Shown one piece after another: positions 10,201-21,200 of a stretch of 64,000 nucleotides of DNA; the stretch's first letter is position 1, and each line of letters opens with the position of its first letter. The translations under genes and the position numbers were made by a program. The notes under the pieces were generated by a model, which made no database searches, was not told where the DNA came from, and saw only the letters and a list, made by a program, of their open reading frames with translations. The stretch comes from an uncultured Alphaproteobacteria bacterium (GTDB lineage: Bacteria > Pseudomonadota > Alphaproteobacteria > Rs-D84), in contig CALXMU010000002.1 of NCBI GenBank assembly GCA_944389555.1, positions 116,433 to 180,432 on the forward strand, in the 5' to 3' direction.

Positions 10201-10783
10201 GGTCTTAGATACCGAAGGTTATTCTAACACAGGTGGGCAGCAATCAAAAGCAACGCCTTTTGGGGCAAGTATGAAGTTCGCTATTGGCGGTAAAGAACAC
10301 GCCAAGAAAGACTTGGGTATGATAGCAATGATGTCTGGTGCGTATGTCGCGCAGATTGCATTGGGAGCAAATCAGGCCCAGGCTATACGTGCTTTCCGTG
10401 AAGCTGAGGCTTTCCCAGGGCCTTCAATTATCTTAGCTTATGCGCCGTGCATCGCACATGGGTTTGCTTTGCAAAATGGGGCAGAACATCAGATGCAGTT
10501 GGTAAGTACAGGTGCTTGGCCGTTGTATAGATTTGACCCGTCTTTGGTATTAGAAGGTAAAAGTCCTTTGACAATGGATTCTAGTGTTGATAATCCGACG
10601 CCTTTGGAAGATTTTCTGAAAACAGAAAGTCGTTTTGGAGCGGCGCGTGCTGCTAATCCTAACTTTGACCGTTTGGTTGAAGAGGCGAAAGAAAATAATC
10701 ATTATCGAAGCGAGTTAAAGAAGTATATTGCTCACTTTGCGATGATGAACGCACCAGAAGTTAAAGAAAACGGAGAAGGTTAA
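7277..10783 (+). CDS. nifJ: Pyruvate:ferredoxin (flavodoxin) oxidoreductase, single-polypeptide NifJ/YdbK type
   Basis: 1168 aa. Contains 2x[4Fe-4S] ferredoxin motifs (CIQCGKCSTLCP, CTGCNVCVKNCP) and a TPP-binding region (GGDGWAYDIGYGGLDH). Appears monocistronic with its own terminator. Confidence 0.85.
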   Translation: MANLIVDGNWAAADVAYRCVDFAAIYPITPSSTMGELADEWSFQHKKNIWGAIPNIIEMQSEGGAAGAMHGALQMGSLATTFTASQGLLLMIPNMYKIAGEQTPFVMHVAARALATHALSIFGDHSDVMSVRSTGFALLSSHSVQQAHDLAAIAHAATLRTRVPFLHFFDGFRTSHEESRLDRISDDVLHEMIPDDLVLQNRARGMTPDKPTVRGTAQNPDVFFQGREASNPLYDKTPEVVQACMDKFAKLTGRQYHLVDYVGDPKAENIIVAMGSACETIEETLPHLPKGLGLVKVHLFRPFPREAFLAALPKKVKRIAVLDRCKEPGSLGEPLYQDVKTVVGDSAEVFGGRYGLGSKEFKPRDVKAVYENLMRGELHHNFTVGIDDDLTGLSLKTDPAFAVQDPNFKTAILYGIGSDGTVGAVKNIVKIVGENSDLYPQSYAVYDSKKSGGLTASHIRFSDKPIQSQYLIEVADFISVSNFMIAQRFDVFKGLRAGGTVMINTSMEPEVAFANLPRESQEHLMRLRARVFFLNANAAAAELGLGNRINTFIMLNFFNLTHVIDPDVAAKSAKVAIEKTYKKKGMDVVQANWTAVDKAAEYLHEYKLPSSVSNFAPDFVPAMTVDAPAEIAGTLGEMAAQRGDALPVSRFRVDGEFGAGQYPVGTAKYEKRAISERVATVDLSKCIQCGKCSTLCPHAAIRIKAMTAQQAEEARKNGVIVVPMKTPELGPDMYFTLNISAADCTGCNVCVKNCPVQALSMMALKDASEQQKAFDAAQNIPDIPREKLNLNIPKHVELLPHYFEFPGACAGCGETPYIKMISHLFGDRMVVANATGCSSIYGANLPTTPWTHDANGRGPAWSNSLFEDNAEYGLGMRIALNQKRETLKGLLFELNVKNVEEKFAERNPDKQREIEKELRAELEKIDSPRAALARSLVGEIVDKSVWIIGGDGWAYDIGYGGLDHILHSGENVNVLVLDTEGYSNTGGQQSKATPFGASMKFAIGGKEHAKKDLGMIAMMSGAYVAQIALGANQAQAIRAFREAEAFPGPSIILAYAPCIAHGFALQNGAEHQMQLVSTGAWPLYRFDPSLVLEGKSPLTMDSSVDNPTPLEDFLKTESRFGAARAANPNFDRLVEEAKENNHYRSELKKYIAHFAMMNAPEVKENGEG

Positions 10784-10785
10784 AA

Positions 10786-10811
10786 TACCGCCCTTTGGGG
10801 GCGGTTTTTTC
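10786..10811 (+). terminator. Rho-independent terminator of the PFOR gene
   Basis: ACCGCCC-tttg-GGGGCGGT followed by a T-run. Confidence 0.6.
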
Positions 10812-10849
10812 TGTTGCAATATTTAGTGGCTTTGGTGTAAATTTGTTGT

Positions 10850-11278
10850 ATGAAAAAAATATTGATAATTTTAACAATGGCATTGACCGCGTGTACATTT
10901 CAAACTAAGCATCGTGGCTACGTTTTTCCACCAGACTTAGAATCTGAGATTGCTGATATAAAAACTACAACACAATTGACGAAGGAAATTGGGTTACCAC
11001 AGGTAAAAACCATTTATGGTGACGAAGTTTGGATTTATTACGGGGCGGACGAAAACTATCGTGGTCCTTTGCCATTAAAGTATGATAATAAGACGGTTTT
11101 ATTGGCGTGGGTAAACGGAAAAAACGTTACGGATATCAAGGTATTGCGGGATGCTGATTTGCCGGACGTTATGATTTCAGAAGACGAAACGCCGATACCG
11201 GCAGCAATAGAATTAAATGCTTTGCAGGAACTGTTTAATAACATAGGTCGTTTCTCACCAGCAGGGCTGGGGCAATAA
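10850..11278 (+). CDS. Lipoprotein, BamE/SmpA-OmlA-like
   Basis: Lipobox LTAC. IGLPQVKTIYGDEVWIYY resembles the BamE core. Confidence 0.45.
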   Translation: MKKILIILTMALTACTFQTKHRGYVFPPDLESEIADIKTTTQLTKEIGLPQVKTIYGDEVWIYYGADENYRGPLPLKYDNKTVLLAWVNGKNVTDIKVLRDADLPDVMISEDETPIPAAIELNALQELFNNIGRFSPAGLGQ

Positions 11279-11339
11279 TAAAAAGACGTTTGCAAAATTA
11301 AAGCAAAACGTGTAAAATAAAAGAAAAAGAGAATTAGGA

Positions 11340-11888
11340 ATGAAACGAATTTTATTTTCTTTGTTTTTTGTGTGCGGATTTCTAATCCCTTGCGGTGTTA
11401 TTGCGGCAGACTTTAATTGTGGACCTGGTTATATTTTGGTTTCTCATAATGATATTGATGATATTGAAGCGGCAGAGTGTCAGAAGTTATGGTGTCGCGA
11501 TTTAGAAACTGGTAAGGCTATGGGAAGCGGGGACAGGGCAAACACTGGTTATAAAACAACTGCATATCCGATGGAATTATGCGACGCCGAAGGTAATTGT
11601 GTAGAATGTTTCGGTGACCGTAAATGGTGCAGTGGACAGCAAGAAGGTTTTTGGAACCCAGAATATGGTGCGTATACTTATGGCGGGGCAGATAACGCAA
11701 CTTATTCATCTTATCAGCGAGGAAGTTGTTTTGCGTGGAACCTGAAAAAGCCAGATTGCCCAGACGGACAGACGGCAGTGATACAAAACGGCGAGTGGGT
11801 TTGTGCAGTAGCGTCAGAAACCACGACGGGTAGCCGCGAATCAAGCATAAGAAGAACGTCCGGTTCTCTACGTAGACCGATACAATAG
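11340..11888 (+). CDS. Secreted cysteine-rich hypothetical protein
   Basis: Signal peptide followed by about 14 Cys residues. No known family recognised. Confidence 0.4.
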   Translation: MKRILFSLFFVCGFLIPCGVIAADFNCGPGYILVSHNDIDDIEAAECQKLWCRDLETGKAMGSGDRANTGYKTTAYPMELCDAEGNCVECFGDRKWCSGQQEGFWNPEYGAYTYGGADNATYSSYQRGSCFAWNLKKPDCPDGQTAVIQNGEWVCAVASETTTGSRESSIRRTSGSLRRPIQ

Positions 11889-12008
11889 TTATAAAATGCT
11901 CCGGAATGGAGCATTTTTTATTTTTTTAGTTCTGTCATTTGTTTTTCACGTTTTTTGTGCTATAATACTTGGGACAGAGAGAATGGCAACTGTAAAGGTA
12001 TCCAGATT

Positions 12009-12575
12009 ATGCCAAGTAAGAAGTTAGATTTTAAAACAGGTCAGTATGTCGTTTACCCGACCCAAGGGGTGGGTAAACTTGTGCGCGTTGAAGAACAGAA
12101 TATCGGCGGGCAGAAAATAAAGATGCTGGTCATAGATTTTGAACGTAACCATATGACTTTGCGCGTACCCGTAGAACGCGCTGAAATTTCTGGGTTGCGA
12201 CCGTTAACGTCAATTAAAAAGATGGATGAGGCGATTTCATCAGCAAAAGGTAAAGCGGGGGCAAAGCGTATGATTTGGGCGCGTCGTGCCGCTCAGTATG
12301 AAGAGAACATCAATTCTGGTGATCCAATGAAATTGGCAGAGGTTGTTCGGGATTTGCAGCGCCGTAACGCGACAGATACTATGACTTTCTCTGCGCGTCA
12401 ATTGTATTTACGCGCGCTAGAACGTATGGCTCAAGAATTTGCTGTTTTGCATAAAATGGATATAGATGCCGCATCTGATAAAATTGAGGATATATTAGGT
12501 GTCCCAAAAGAAATTGATTTGAACGCCGTTGATATGGACGATGAAGACGACGAAACAGAAGATGAAGAATCTTAG
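12009..12575 (+). CDS. cdnL: CarD/CdnL-family RNA polymerase-binding transcription factor with an acidic C-terminal tail
   Basis: FKTGQYVVYPTQGVGKL...LRVPVERAEISGLRP matches the CarD_CdnL_TRCF N-terminal domain. Start refined to MPSKK. C-terminus is DMDDEDDETEDEES. Confidence 0.6.
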   Translation: MPSKKLDFKTGQYVVYPTQGVGKLVRVEEQNIGGQKIKMLVIDFERNHMTLRVPVERAEISGLRPLTSIKKMDEAISSAKGKAGAKRMIWARRAAQYEENINSGDPMKLAEVVRDLQRRNATDTMTFSARQLYLRALERMAQEFAVLHKMDIDAASDKIEDILGVPKEIDLNAVDMDDEDDETEDEES

Positions 12576-12601
12576 AAAAAACCGCTAAAAGCGGTTTTTT
12601 T
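12576..12601. terminator. Bidirectional terminator between the convergent cdnL and lptB genes
   Basis: AAAAAACCGC-taaaa-GCGGTTTTTT. Confidence 0.6.
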
Positions 12602-13328
12602 ACATAACAAAATCTTCGCCTAGATAAACTTTTTTTACCATTTCGTCTTTCACAATTTCTGGTGTCGTACCGTGCTTTAAGATTTTACCATCGTGTAATA
12701 CATAACTACGATCTGTAATGCCCAATGTTTCGCGTACATTATGGTCTGTAATAATAACGCCAAGACCGCGGTTTTTTAATTGAGATACCAAATCACGTAT
12801 CTCGTTTACCGCAATAGGGTCAATACCTGCAAAAGGTTCGTCCAGTAAAATGAATTTGGGGTCATTTGCAAGTGCGCGCGCAATTTCTACGCGGCGACGT
12901 TCCCCACCAGATAACGCCGTTGAAGGGCTGCGTCTAAGTGCGGCTATGGAAAATTCTTCCAATAAAGAATCTAATTTATATTGGCGTTTTTTCTTGCTTG
13001 GTTCTACCACTTCTAAAATTGCCATGATATTTTGTTCAACGGTCAAACCACGAAACACACTGTTTTCCTGTGGTAAATAACCTATATGCATGCGGGCGCG
13101 TTGATAAAATGGAAGGTGGGTAATGTCTTGAGAATTTAAGAATATTTGACCACCGGTGGCACCTAATTGACCTGTAATGCAATAAAATGCCGTTGTTTTT
13201 CCCGCACCGTTGGGACCCAGAAGACCAACCGATTCGCCTTGATGCGCCTCCATAGAAATATCTTTTATAACCATACGTTTCCCGTACGATTTTGATAAAT
13301 GTTGAACGCGTAATACAGATTGTTTCAT
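12600..13328 (-). CDS. lptB: LPS export ABC transporter ATP-binding protein
   Basis: Walker A GPNGAGKTT, the ABC signature LSGGERRR and Walker B ILLDEP. 242 aa. Confidence 0.8.
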   Translation of the reverse strand: MKQSVLRVQHLSKSYGKRMVIKDISMEAHQGESVGLLGPNGAGKTTAFYCITGQLGATGGQIFLNSQDITHLPFYQRARMHIGYLPQENSVFRGLTVEQNIMAILEVVEPSKKKRQYKLDSLLEEFSIAALRRSPSTALSGGERRRVEIARALANDPKFILLDEPFAGIDPIAVNEIRDLVSQLKNRGLGVIITDHNVRETLGITDRSYVLHDGKILKHGTTPEIVKDEMVKKVYLGEDFVM

Positions 13329-13831
13329 AATTTTATCACCAATTCGTTTGTTCTTATTTTGTCGCCGTTGCTGGAATCTACTTGTACATTATCATTCAAA
13401 GTAACTACCTTTTTTATACGGTCGTAACGACCTCGATCCGCAACTATGTCGTCTTTTATTTTTTCACCGTTAGATATGCGAGTTGTTGTACCAGAAACTT
13501 TTGTAAGCAGTATTATATTAGGATTATCGTATTCTTGTCGACCACTTTCTGCATGAATATAAAAAGGTTCTCCGTTTTTATCTGTTCCAGAAAACGACGC
13601 GCCTGACATTTTAAATTGATTACTGACTATGTCCGTCATATTTATCGCGGATATCGGCGTCCATAATAATTGGCGCGTAAATAAGGAACCTGCAATAAGG
13701 GCCGCAACCATTACAAGCCCCCAACCAGTAAAGAAAAATTGCCACAGACGTTTTAAGCGTCTATGTTTAAAGAATATTATAAAATTACGTTTATCACCTT
13801 GCACGCCCTTAGTGTATCGTGAATATAACAA
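13325..13831 (-). CDS. LptC/LptA (OstA-like) family protein with an N-terminal TM anchor
   Basis: Immediately upstream of lptB and overlapping it by 4 bp. Contains a TM helix and a beta-jellyroll-like region. LptC is the more likely assignment. Confidence 0.45.
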   Translation of the reverse strand: MLYSRYTKGVQGDKRNFIIFFKHRRLKRLWQFFFTGWGLVMVAALIAGSLFTRQLLWTPISAINMTDIVSNQFKMSGASFSGTDKNGEPFYIHAESGRQEYDNPNIILLTKVSGTTTRISNGEKIKDDIVADRGRYDRIKKVVTLNDNVQVDSSNGDKIRTNELVIKL

Positions 13832-13890
13832 AAAAGCAATTTTTATATTTATTCTGGCTTTTTTTTATGTTATAATTCTTCGCAAGAGAG

Positions 13891-14709
13891 ATGAAAAAAT
13901 TTTTACTATTTTTTGTTAGTGCTTTGTTTTGTATACCCTGCTTTCAGGCGGGTGCTGTTACCATAAATAAGGCCGCGCCAGTTGCTGCGCAAGAAACTTC
14001 GTCTTCGACAACGATGACAAGTTTGGTACCGACTGTTTTGAACTTAATAAGTAACGTCCAACTTTTAAGCGCTAAGCAAAAAGAATTGACTAATGAATGC
14101 ATCCCAAGTTCTCAGGAAATCACTTTCGTTGACAATATCGTTAAAGAGTGGGCAAAAACAGGTGCTATGTCCGCAGATGAGGTTCAGAAAATATTGGGAC
14201 GCGAACGTTGCAGGGTTGCAAATGGCGGGTATAGTTCTGCCGTTGAACTGGCAGCGGGTACAAATATGGATGAATTGATTTGTTACGATTATTTCGGTAG
14301 CGAAGCAGATAGAGGTATGGTGTGGTACGGATTTCCAAAGGTCGGAAAGGCAACGTATTGTTCCGATGGGTCGCCTGCAGGAATGTGTTCTGAAAAAAAT
14401 AGAGTGACTGTTTCTGATATATATGACATTTTTAACTTGGTTGATTTTTCAGAAGCGGATTATAGTTCTTCAGAATTAACTATGGCCGGAAATCTAATGG
14501 CGAAGATAGAGCAATGCTCTTATTCAAGATTGAGCGCAAAAAAGCGTGAGATGTGGGGTGAGTTTTTAACGACAACAATAAATTCTTTGGGTGAACCAAC
14601 TAATACTGGTGCGATAATGCAATCTGTCGGAAGTATAACTGGTGGGGCAGGTTTGGGTGGATCTATAGGTTCTATAGGTGCACTTGCTACGTCTTTATTT
14701 GGTAACTAA
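13891..14709 (+). CDS. Secreted hypothetical protein with a Gly-rich C-terminus
   Basis: Signal peptide MKKFLLFFVSALFCIPCFQAGA and a C-terminal GGAGLGGSIGSIGA segment. Confidence 0.4.
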   Translation: MKKFLLFFVSALFCIPCFQAGAVTINKAAPVAAQETSSSTTMTSLVPTVLNLISNVQLLSAKQKELTNECIPSSQEITFVDNIVKEWAKTGAMSADEVQKILGRERCRVANGGYSSAVELAAGTNMDELICYDYFGSEADRGMVWYGFPKVGKATYCSDGSPAGMCSEKNRVTVSDIYDIFNLVDFSEADYSSSELTMAGNLMAKIEQCSYSRLSAKKREMWGEFLTTTINSLGEPTNTGAIMQSVGSITGGAGLGGSIGSIGALATSLFGN

Positions 14710-14738
14710 AAAATCGCTAGAATAGCGATTTTTTTTTC
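14709..14738 (+). terminator. Rho-independent terminator
   Basis: AAATCGCTA-gaa-TAGCGATTT followed by T8. Confidence 0.6.
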
Positions 14739-14807
14739 GGTACTTTTTCTCTTTACTCATATGCCAAAAAATCGTATAATACAATAGATTATAAAAAGGG
14801 ATTTTTT

Positions 14808-16304
14808 ATGAAAAATAAATCTTTAACTTCTATGTTTGTTATTTCTCGCGTGCTAGCGATTGCTTCCGTTGCAACGTTGGTAGCGTGTGCGGGCAGTAAT
14901 AATGGTGAATACGAAGCGGTTGCAACACCTACAGTTGATTATGTTGAAAGTTTAGATGTTTATTCCGCACCGCATCAAGATTCCTTTTTAAATCAATTGG
15001 CGATGAATTATCGTTCTTATGCAATTTATAACGCGCGTACAAGTGGTTATCCAGATATGGGTGAATTCTTTGCGCAAAAAGCGGTGGCGGCGTTTAGCGG
15101 TGAATTGCCGTTCCCAGAGGTTTTGGATAATTGGCCAGTTGCTGACGAACAAGAGTCTTTTGAATTGTATACTGCGTATAATGAATTGTTAGAACAGTTG
15201 AAAAATGATGCTAGTATGACTAATCCTGAATTAGCCGCAGAAGCGCAGGCTAAATATGACTGTTGGTTGTCCGCGTCTGCTAGTGGTCAGACGGGAACAG
15301 CGCAGGAATGTCGTGATAGATATTATAAAACAATGACTGCTTTGCGTGATTGTACAGGTGGTAAGATTGTAAAGACAACCGAAACCACTGAAACGATGGT
15401 AAAGACAAACGGTGAAGTTATGGTCGCGGTTGAGCGTGGAAGTAAACCCGCACCGCAAGCGTATTATCCGGATACTCGCAATATGTCGGCGATGAATGGT
15501 TCGGGTAAGGCAAGAGAGGGCGTGATCATTGTAAATAATGTAAATGTTCCGGAACATTTGATTAACCCTGTGCCGGTTCAGCCGTTAGTATTTAATCAGA
15601 ATATTTATGGTGGTGATAAAACAATAAATAGCGAATGTAACCCAGATGTTGACGTAAATTGCCCGCAACAACCTGCTGCAACAGAAGAAATACCGCAGGT
15701 AAGTGATGAATTGGTAACTCGTGAAGAATTTATCAATATGATGATGGCTATGCGTCAAGAATTGGCGGCTATAAACGCCCGCTTGGATCAGTTGCAGGCG
15801 AATAACGAAAAAACTTATGAAAAGACATTCATTAAAGTTCAACAAATACCGATTGAACCGAAACAACATGTTATGGAAGAAGTCTTTGAAATAATGTTTG
15901 ACTTTGATAAGGCGACCATTAAACCAGAATATCAAGAAATCATACAGCAGCTGGCAACTGCTACACAGGGAAGTAAGAATATAAAAGTCTCTGTTGTTGG
16001 TCATACTGATACTATGGGAAGTAAAGATTATAACTATGCTTTGGGCGGTCGCCGTGCAGAAGCCGTTCAGAAAATGTTGATAAAATACGGTATCCCAGCC
16101 AGTCAAATAGTCGCAGTTTCTGCAGGTGAAGAAGATTTAGCTGTTCAGACGGGTGATGGAGTTGCAAATGCAGCGAATCGTAGAGTTAAAGTTGTTAAAG
16201 AAGTTCATTATACTGAAGAACAACCAGTCCCAGTAACGGTTGTTGAAGAGTATGTTGCACCGGAAGATGCAGAGGTTTGCGGTATGTACGGATGCACGCA
16301 ATAG
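14808..16304 (+). CDS. OmpA-family lipoprotein (C-terminal OmpA/MotB peptidoglycan-binding domain)
   Basis: Lipobox LVAC. The C-terminus contains FDFDKATIKPEY...VVGHTDTMGSKDYNYALGGRRAEAV. Confidence 0.7.
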   Translation: MKNKSLTSMFVISRVLAIASVATLVACAGSNNGEYEAVATPTVDYVESLDVYSAPHQDSFLNQLAMNYRSYAIYNARTSGYPDMGEFFAQKAVAAFSGELPFPEVLDNWPVADEQESFELYTAYNELLEQLKNDASMTNPELAAEAQAKYDCWLSASASGQTGTAQECRDRYYKTMTALRDCTGGKIVKTTETTETMVKTNGEVMVAVERGSKPAPQAYYPDTRNMSAMNGSGKAREGVIIVNNVNVPEHLINPVPVQPLVFNQNIYGGDKTINSECNPDVDVNCPQQPAATEEIPQVSDELVTREEFINMMMAMRQELAAINARLDQLQANNEKTYEKTFIKVQQIPIEPKQHVMEEVFEIMFDFDKATIKPEYQEIIQQLATATQGSKNIKVSVVGHTDTMGSKDYNYALGGRRAEAVQKMLIKYGIPASQIVAVSAGEEDLAVQTGDGVANAANRRVKVVKEVHYTEEQPVPVTVVEEYVAPEDAEVCGMYGCTQ

Positions 16305-16335
16305 TTTTTCAGAGAAGAGATATATACGAAAATAC

Positions 16336-16364
16336 TTGACAAAAAATATTTATTCGTATATATT
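16336..16364 (+). promoter_or_regulatory. Sigma70-like promoter (TTGACA, 17 bp spacer, TATATT) for the small ORF
   Basis: Near-consensus -35 and -10 elements, with the -10 ending 39 bp upstream of the ATG. Confidence 0.4.
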
Positions 16365-16402
16365 CTCATTATCCGAGAGATGTTTGTAAAGAGGCATAGA
16401 AC

Positions 16403-16558
16403 ATGACGGAAAATATGAATAAGTTTACAAAAGCGGCGATGGCGGTACAGGGCAAGGCGCGTGCGGCTGGTTATAAAAAAAGTATTGCTGCGGTAAATTT
16501 GGCCGCAGAGTTTAAGGCCCGCAATATAAATGTTATTGACACGCAAAACGAAAAATAA
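16403..16558 (+). CDS. Small K/A-rich protein of 51 aa, not present in the ORF track
   Basis: The sequence is MTENMNKFTKAAMAVQGKARAAGYKKSIAAVNLAAEFKARNINVIDTQNEK. It has its own promoter and terminator. Confidence 0.4.
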   Translation: MTENMNKFTKAAMAVQGKARAAGYKKSIAAVNLAAEFKARNINVIDTQNEK

Positions 16559-16580
16559 TTAGTTCAATTCTAGTTTTTTT

Positions 16581-16617
16581 ATTACGAGGGGGATTTTCTC
16601 TCTCGTAATTTTTTTAA
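16581..16617 (+). terminator. Rho-independent terminator of the small ORF
   Basis: ATTACGAG...CTCGTAAT stem followed by T6. Confidence 0.5.
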
Positions 16618-16620
16618 TAA

Positions 16621-16643
16621 AAACCCGCCAAATTGGCGGGTTA
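16621..16643 (-). terminator. Terminator of the minus-strand small membrane protein gene
   Basis: ACCCGCC-aaatt-GGCGGGT with an A-run on the plus strand, which is a T-run on the minus strand. Confidence 0.45.
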
Positions 16644-16646
16644 CAT

Positions 16647-16868
16647 TTATTTTTTTGCGGACCAGAACAATGCCCATAACCATCCGATACCTGTCCAACC
16701 GAAAATCCAACTGGCTAAACGTACAAGAGTCATATCTTGGAAGTTTTTTCCTGTTTGGCGCGCCAACCAAGCCGGAGTCAATATAATTGTTACCAAAATA
16801 ATAATGGCAGCAATATATTTTATGGTCAGTAAAAAATCAAAGGGCATTGTCATATTTTTGTGGTCCAA
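16647..16868 (-). CDS. Small two-TM membrane protein, superinfection-immunity-like (Imm family-like)
   Basis: SWIFGWTGIGWLWALFWS motif. 73 aa. Confidence 0.35.
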   Translation of the reverse strand: MDHKNMTMPFDFLLTIKYIAAIIILVTIILTPAWLARQTGKNFQDMTLVRLASWIFGWTGIGWLWALFWSAKK

Positions 16869-16878
16869 GTTTTACGAA

Positions 16879-18144
<1,266 letters not shown>

Positions 18145-18255
18145 TTATTCTCCTTATTCCTAAAAAAAATACCTTTCTTTTACAGTTCCGTCTTGTTTTA
18201 TTTGACGAATTGTGCAATAATATAATCATAAAATTGGTTGGAAAGAAATAGAAAT

Positions 18256-21200
18256 ATGATGAAAAAGACAATATTTTTTATGTTGTGCCTTGCACCGCTT
18301 GGTGTACAGGCCGCTTCTTATACTGGTGGCGTTGTGACAAGCCCAAGTGGTGGCACGTTCAATGACGGCATTGATGTGAATAACATCATAATAGGTTATC
18401 AGTTACCAGAAGAGTCTGGCGGGCAAAATGACCCTAACACTTTATATGCTGGAACGCAGGCTAATGAGGCCTTCACTTTGCTGTCTGGCGGGGACATCAG
18501 CGTAAGTAATAATGTTGAAATCGCTGCGGGGCATCATTTGGGGTTGGGGGTACCAAGTGTACCTGGTTCGCCCATAAATATGACTTTTGGCTCTATTATG
18601 GCAAATGGTAGCTTTGCAGTTGAAAAAGCGGATTTATTTAAAGTGCTTAATAATGTAAGTATTGCAGACGGTTTTTCTTTGCAGGCCAATTCTGTGGAAA
18701 CTGGTGCAATAATGGTAACGGGCGGAATTACAGATATAGACGTTTCTGGCGCTTTGTCCGTGGCAAGTTTTTCTAATAGCGGTTCTGGTACAACTGCCAT
18801 TGCGGCCGATTCAATTGATATTACTGTCGGTGATATAGAAAACGGCGATCTGGCTGGTAATATGACGATTACTTCGGATGGAAATATAGATGTTGCAGGT
18901 TCTGTATATAATTCTAATTCGGAAATGAACGTAAGTGCCGGTGGAGATATCACGGTTGCGGGCGTTATAAAGAATGACTCGGATGAAAATAATGAAGGTT
19001 CAATGGTTTTGTCCGCTGCGAATTTAACAGTTTCTGGTGGTAACGCAGAAGAAGGGTCTTTCGCTAATTCTGGGGATTTAACAATTAACGTAAAAGGCAC
19101 AACTAATCTTGAATATGGTTTTGATTTGAGTGCCATGGGAATTGATAATAAATTTTCTTTAACCACAGGAACTTTGATATTCGGTAACGACACGAATTCT
19201 GATATGTGGTTAAATGTTTTCTCTAATAAATTAAACCAGTTTACGTTGAATATTACTAATAGTGATTTAGATATCGCTAGTAATATTATAAATGGTTTGA
19301 TGAATGATGATGTAGTTAACCCTACTTATAATAAAAACGCAAATATGTCTCTTACCGGGCTGGCGTTGTCAGTTGATGGAAACGTAAGTAACTATGGTAA
19401 CTCTTTGGTAATAAAGGCAACAGAAATCGGTGGAAATGGGATAGAAGTTAAGGGTGACGTTGTCGGAGGAGTTGGTTCTACAACAAGTATTGCTTCTGCG
19501 GCTTTGTTGAATGTTATAGGTGATGTATCAAATAATGGGAGTATGAGCTTAAACGGTACCCAAGTACAGTTGGCAAGCGCTTCTAATAATGGTGGTGATT
19601 TAAGTATTACTTCTTTAACAAATGAAATTGGTAAGATAACAATTGCCGGTGACGTAACAAATAAATCTGGTACAACAAATATAAACGCCAAAGATATTGA
19701 AATTGTCGGTAATTTAACAAATGTTGACGGAACGACGACAGTAAAAGGTTCTGATACAGATGGTAGTGATATGCAAATCGGTGCCATCGCGGTTGAAGGC
19801 GGTACTGTTAATATTGATGCGTTGCTGGGCGGGGTAAATATTGCCGGTGCGTTAAGCGTTACTGGCGACGGTACACTGAATATTGATAGTTCTACATATT
19901 CTGTTACTGCGGCGCAATCAATACAAATAAATGGTAATTTTAACGTCGGTGGTAGTGCTGCTGCAATAGGCAATGGCGATGTTTATGTAGATGCGTCTGG
20001 ACCTCAAAATTTCATTATGTCTTCAACTGATGGGGCATTAAACATTGATGGTAATGTACTTGCCGAACAAAGCGGTGTTTCTTATAATGCAACGCTTGCA
20101 GCTAATACTATTACAGTAGGTGGTAAGGTGACTGCAGTTGGGGCTAATAATAATTTAACTTTCGGTACAGATTCTTCACAGCAGTTAACTGTAAATGGTG
20201 CGGTATCTGCTTCTAATGGTGCGACTATCGGAATTGTGTCAGATGATGCAAATATCAGTTCTTTAAGCGTTGATGAAGATAGTACTTTGTTGGCAAGTGG
20301 TTCTCAAATTACCGCTACAACTGGTGCAATTGATATTGCTGGTGGGGTATGGTTTAATGCTTCTGCCGTGTCTGCGAAGCCGGATAGTGGTTTAATCGTA
20401 GAAAATACAAATAGTTTAACTTTAAAATCAGATAAAGCACAAGTAGAAGTTGGTGGCCCAATAGCTTTGGGGGCAGGTAATACATTGTCATTGGAGTCTG
20501 TTGTATCAACTGTATCTGTTGGTGGAATGATAAACACGGCAGGTACTTTGAATATAAATGCTGACGGCGCTTCTACTGTTTTGCCGAATGTATCTATTGC
20601 GGGATTAAATGTACTAAATGGCGGTGTTGTGAACATAGACTCTGCGGCTGATTTATTATATGTAGGTTCATCAGCAGGGATAAATGTAAATGGAAATATG
20701 GCGCAGGGTGCACAGACTGGTGCATTAAATATATTGGCTGATAATGCTAAAATTGCGGGGACCTCTTTGGATGTAACTGGTGAGTATTCCGCAGTTGAGG
20801 GATCAGCATTGTACGAGTTTTCTGACGGAATAAGTTTCGGTGGAAACATGGTCGTCGCAAATGAAGCGGATGTAACTTTTGATGGCGAAACTTTTGCTGC
20901 TAAAGATATAAACAATTCTGGTACATTAAATGTAAATGTTGGAAATGGTATTACTCTTTCTTCTATCAATAATACAGGAACGTTAGCCTTGGATTCCGGT
21001 ACTGGTATTATAAACGTAGAAGAATTTGTGTCGGGTGATTTAGGTACGATTACACTAGAAGGAAAGGGCTTTACTTCTGCTAGTGTATTTGATATGCAAA
21101 ATACGATTTTATACCAGAATTATGTGGACGCCTTAACACCAGGCAGTGTTAACGTAGTTGCAAATAATTATGTAATAACTGCAAATCAATTTAATACGGC

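Noticed and set aside
13382-13919. Plus-strand ORFs overlapping the lptC-like gene and its upstream region
   Set aside because: Low-complexity translations with no motifs. The minus-strand Lpt-family gene explains the region.
18534-20969. Several 190-220-aa minus-strand ORFs
   Set aside because: They are antisense frames inside the giant repetitive autotransporter gene and are artefacts of its repeat composition.
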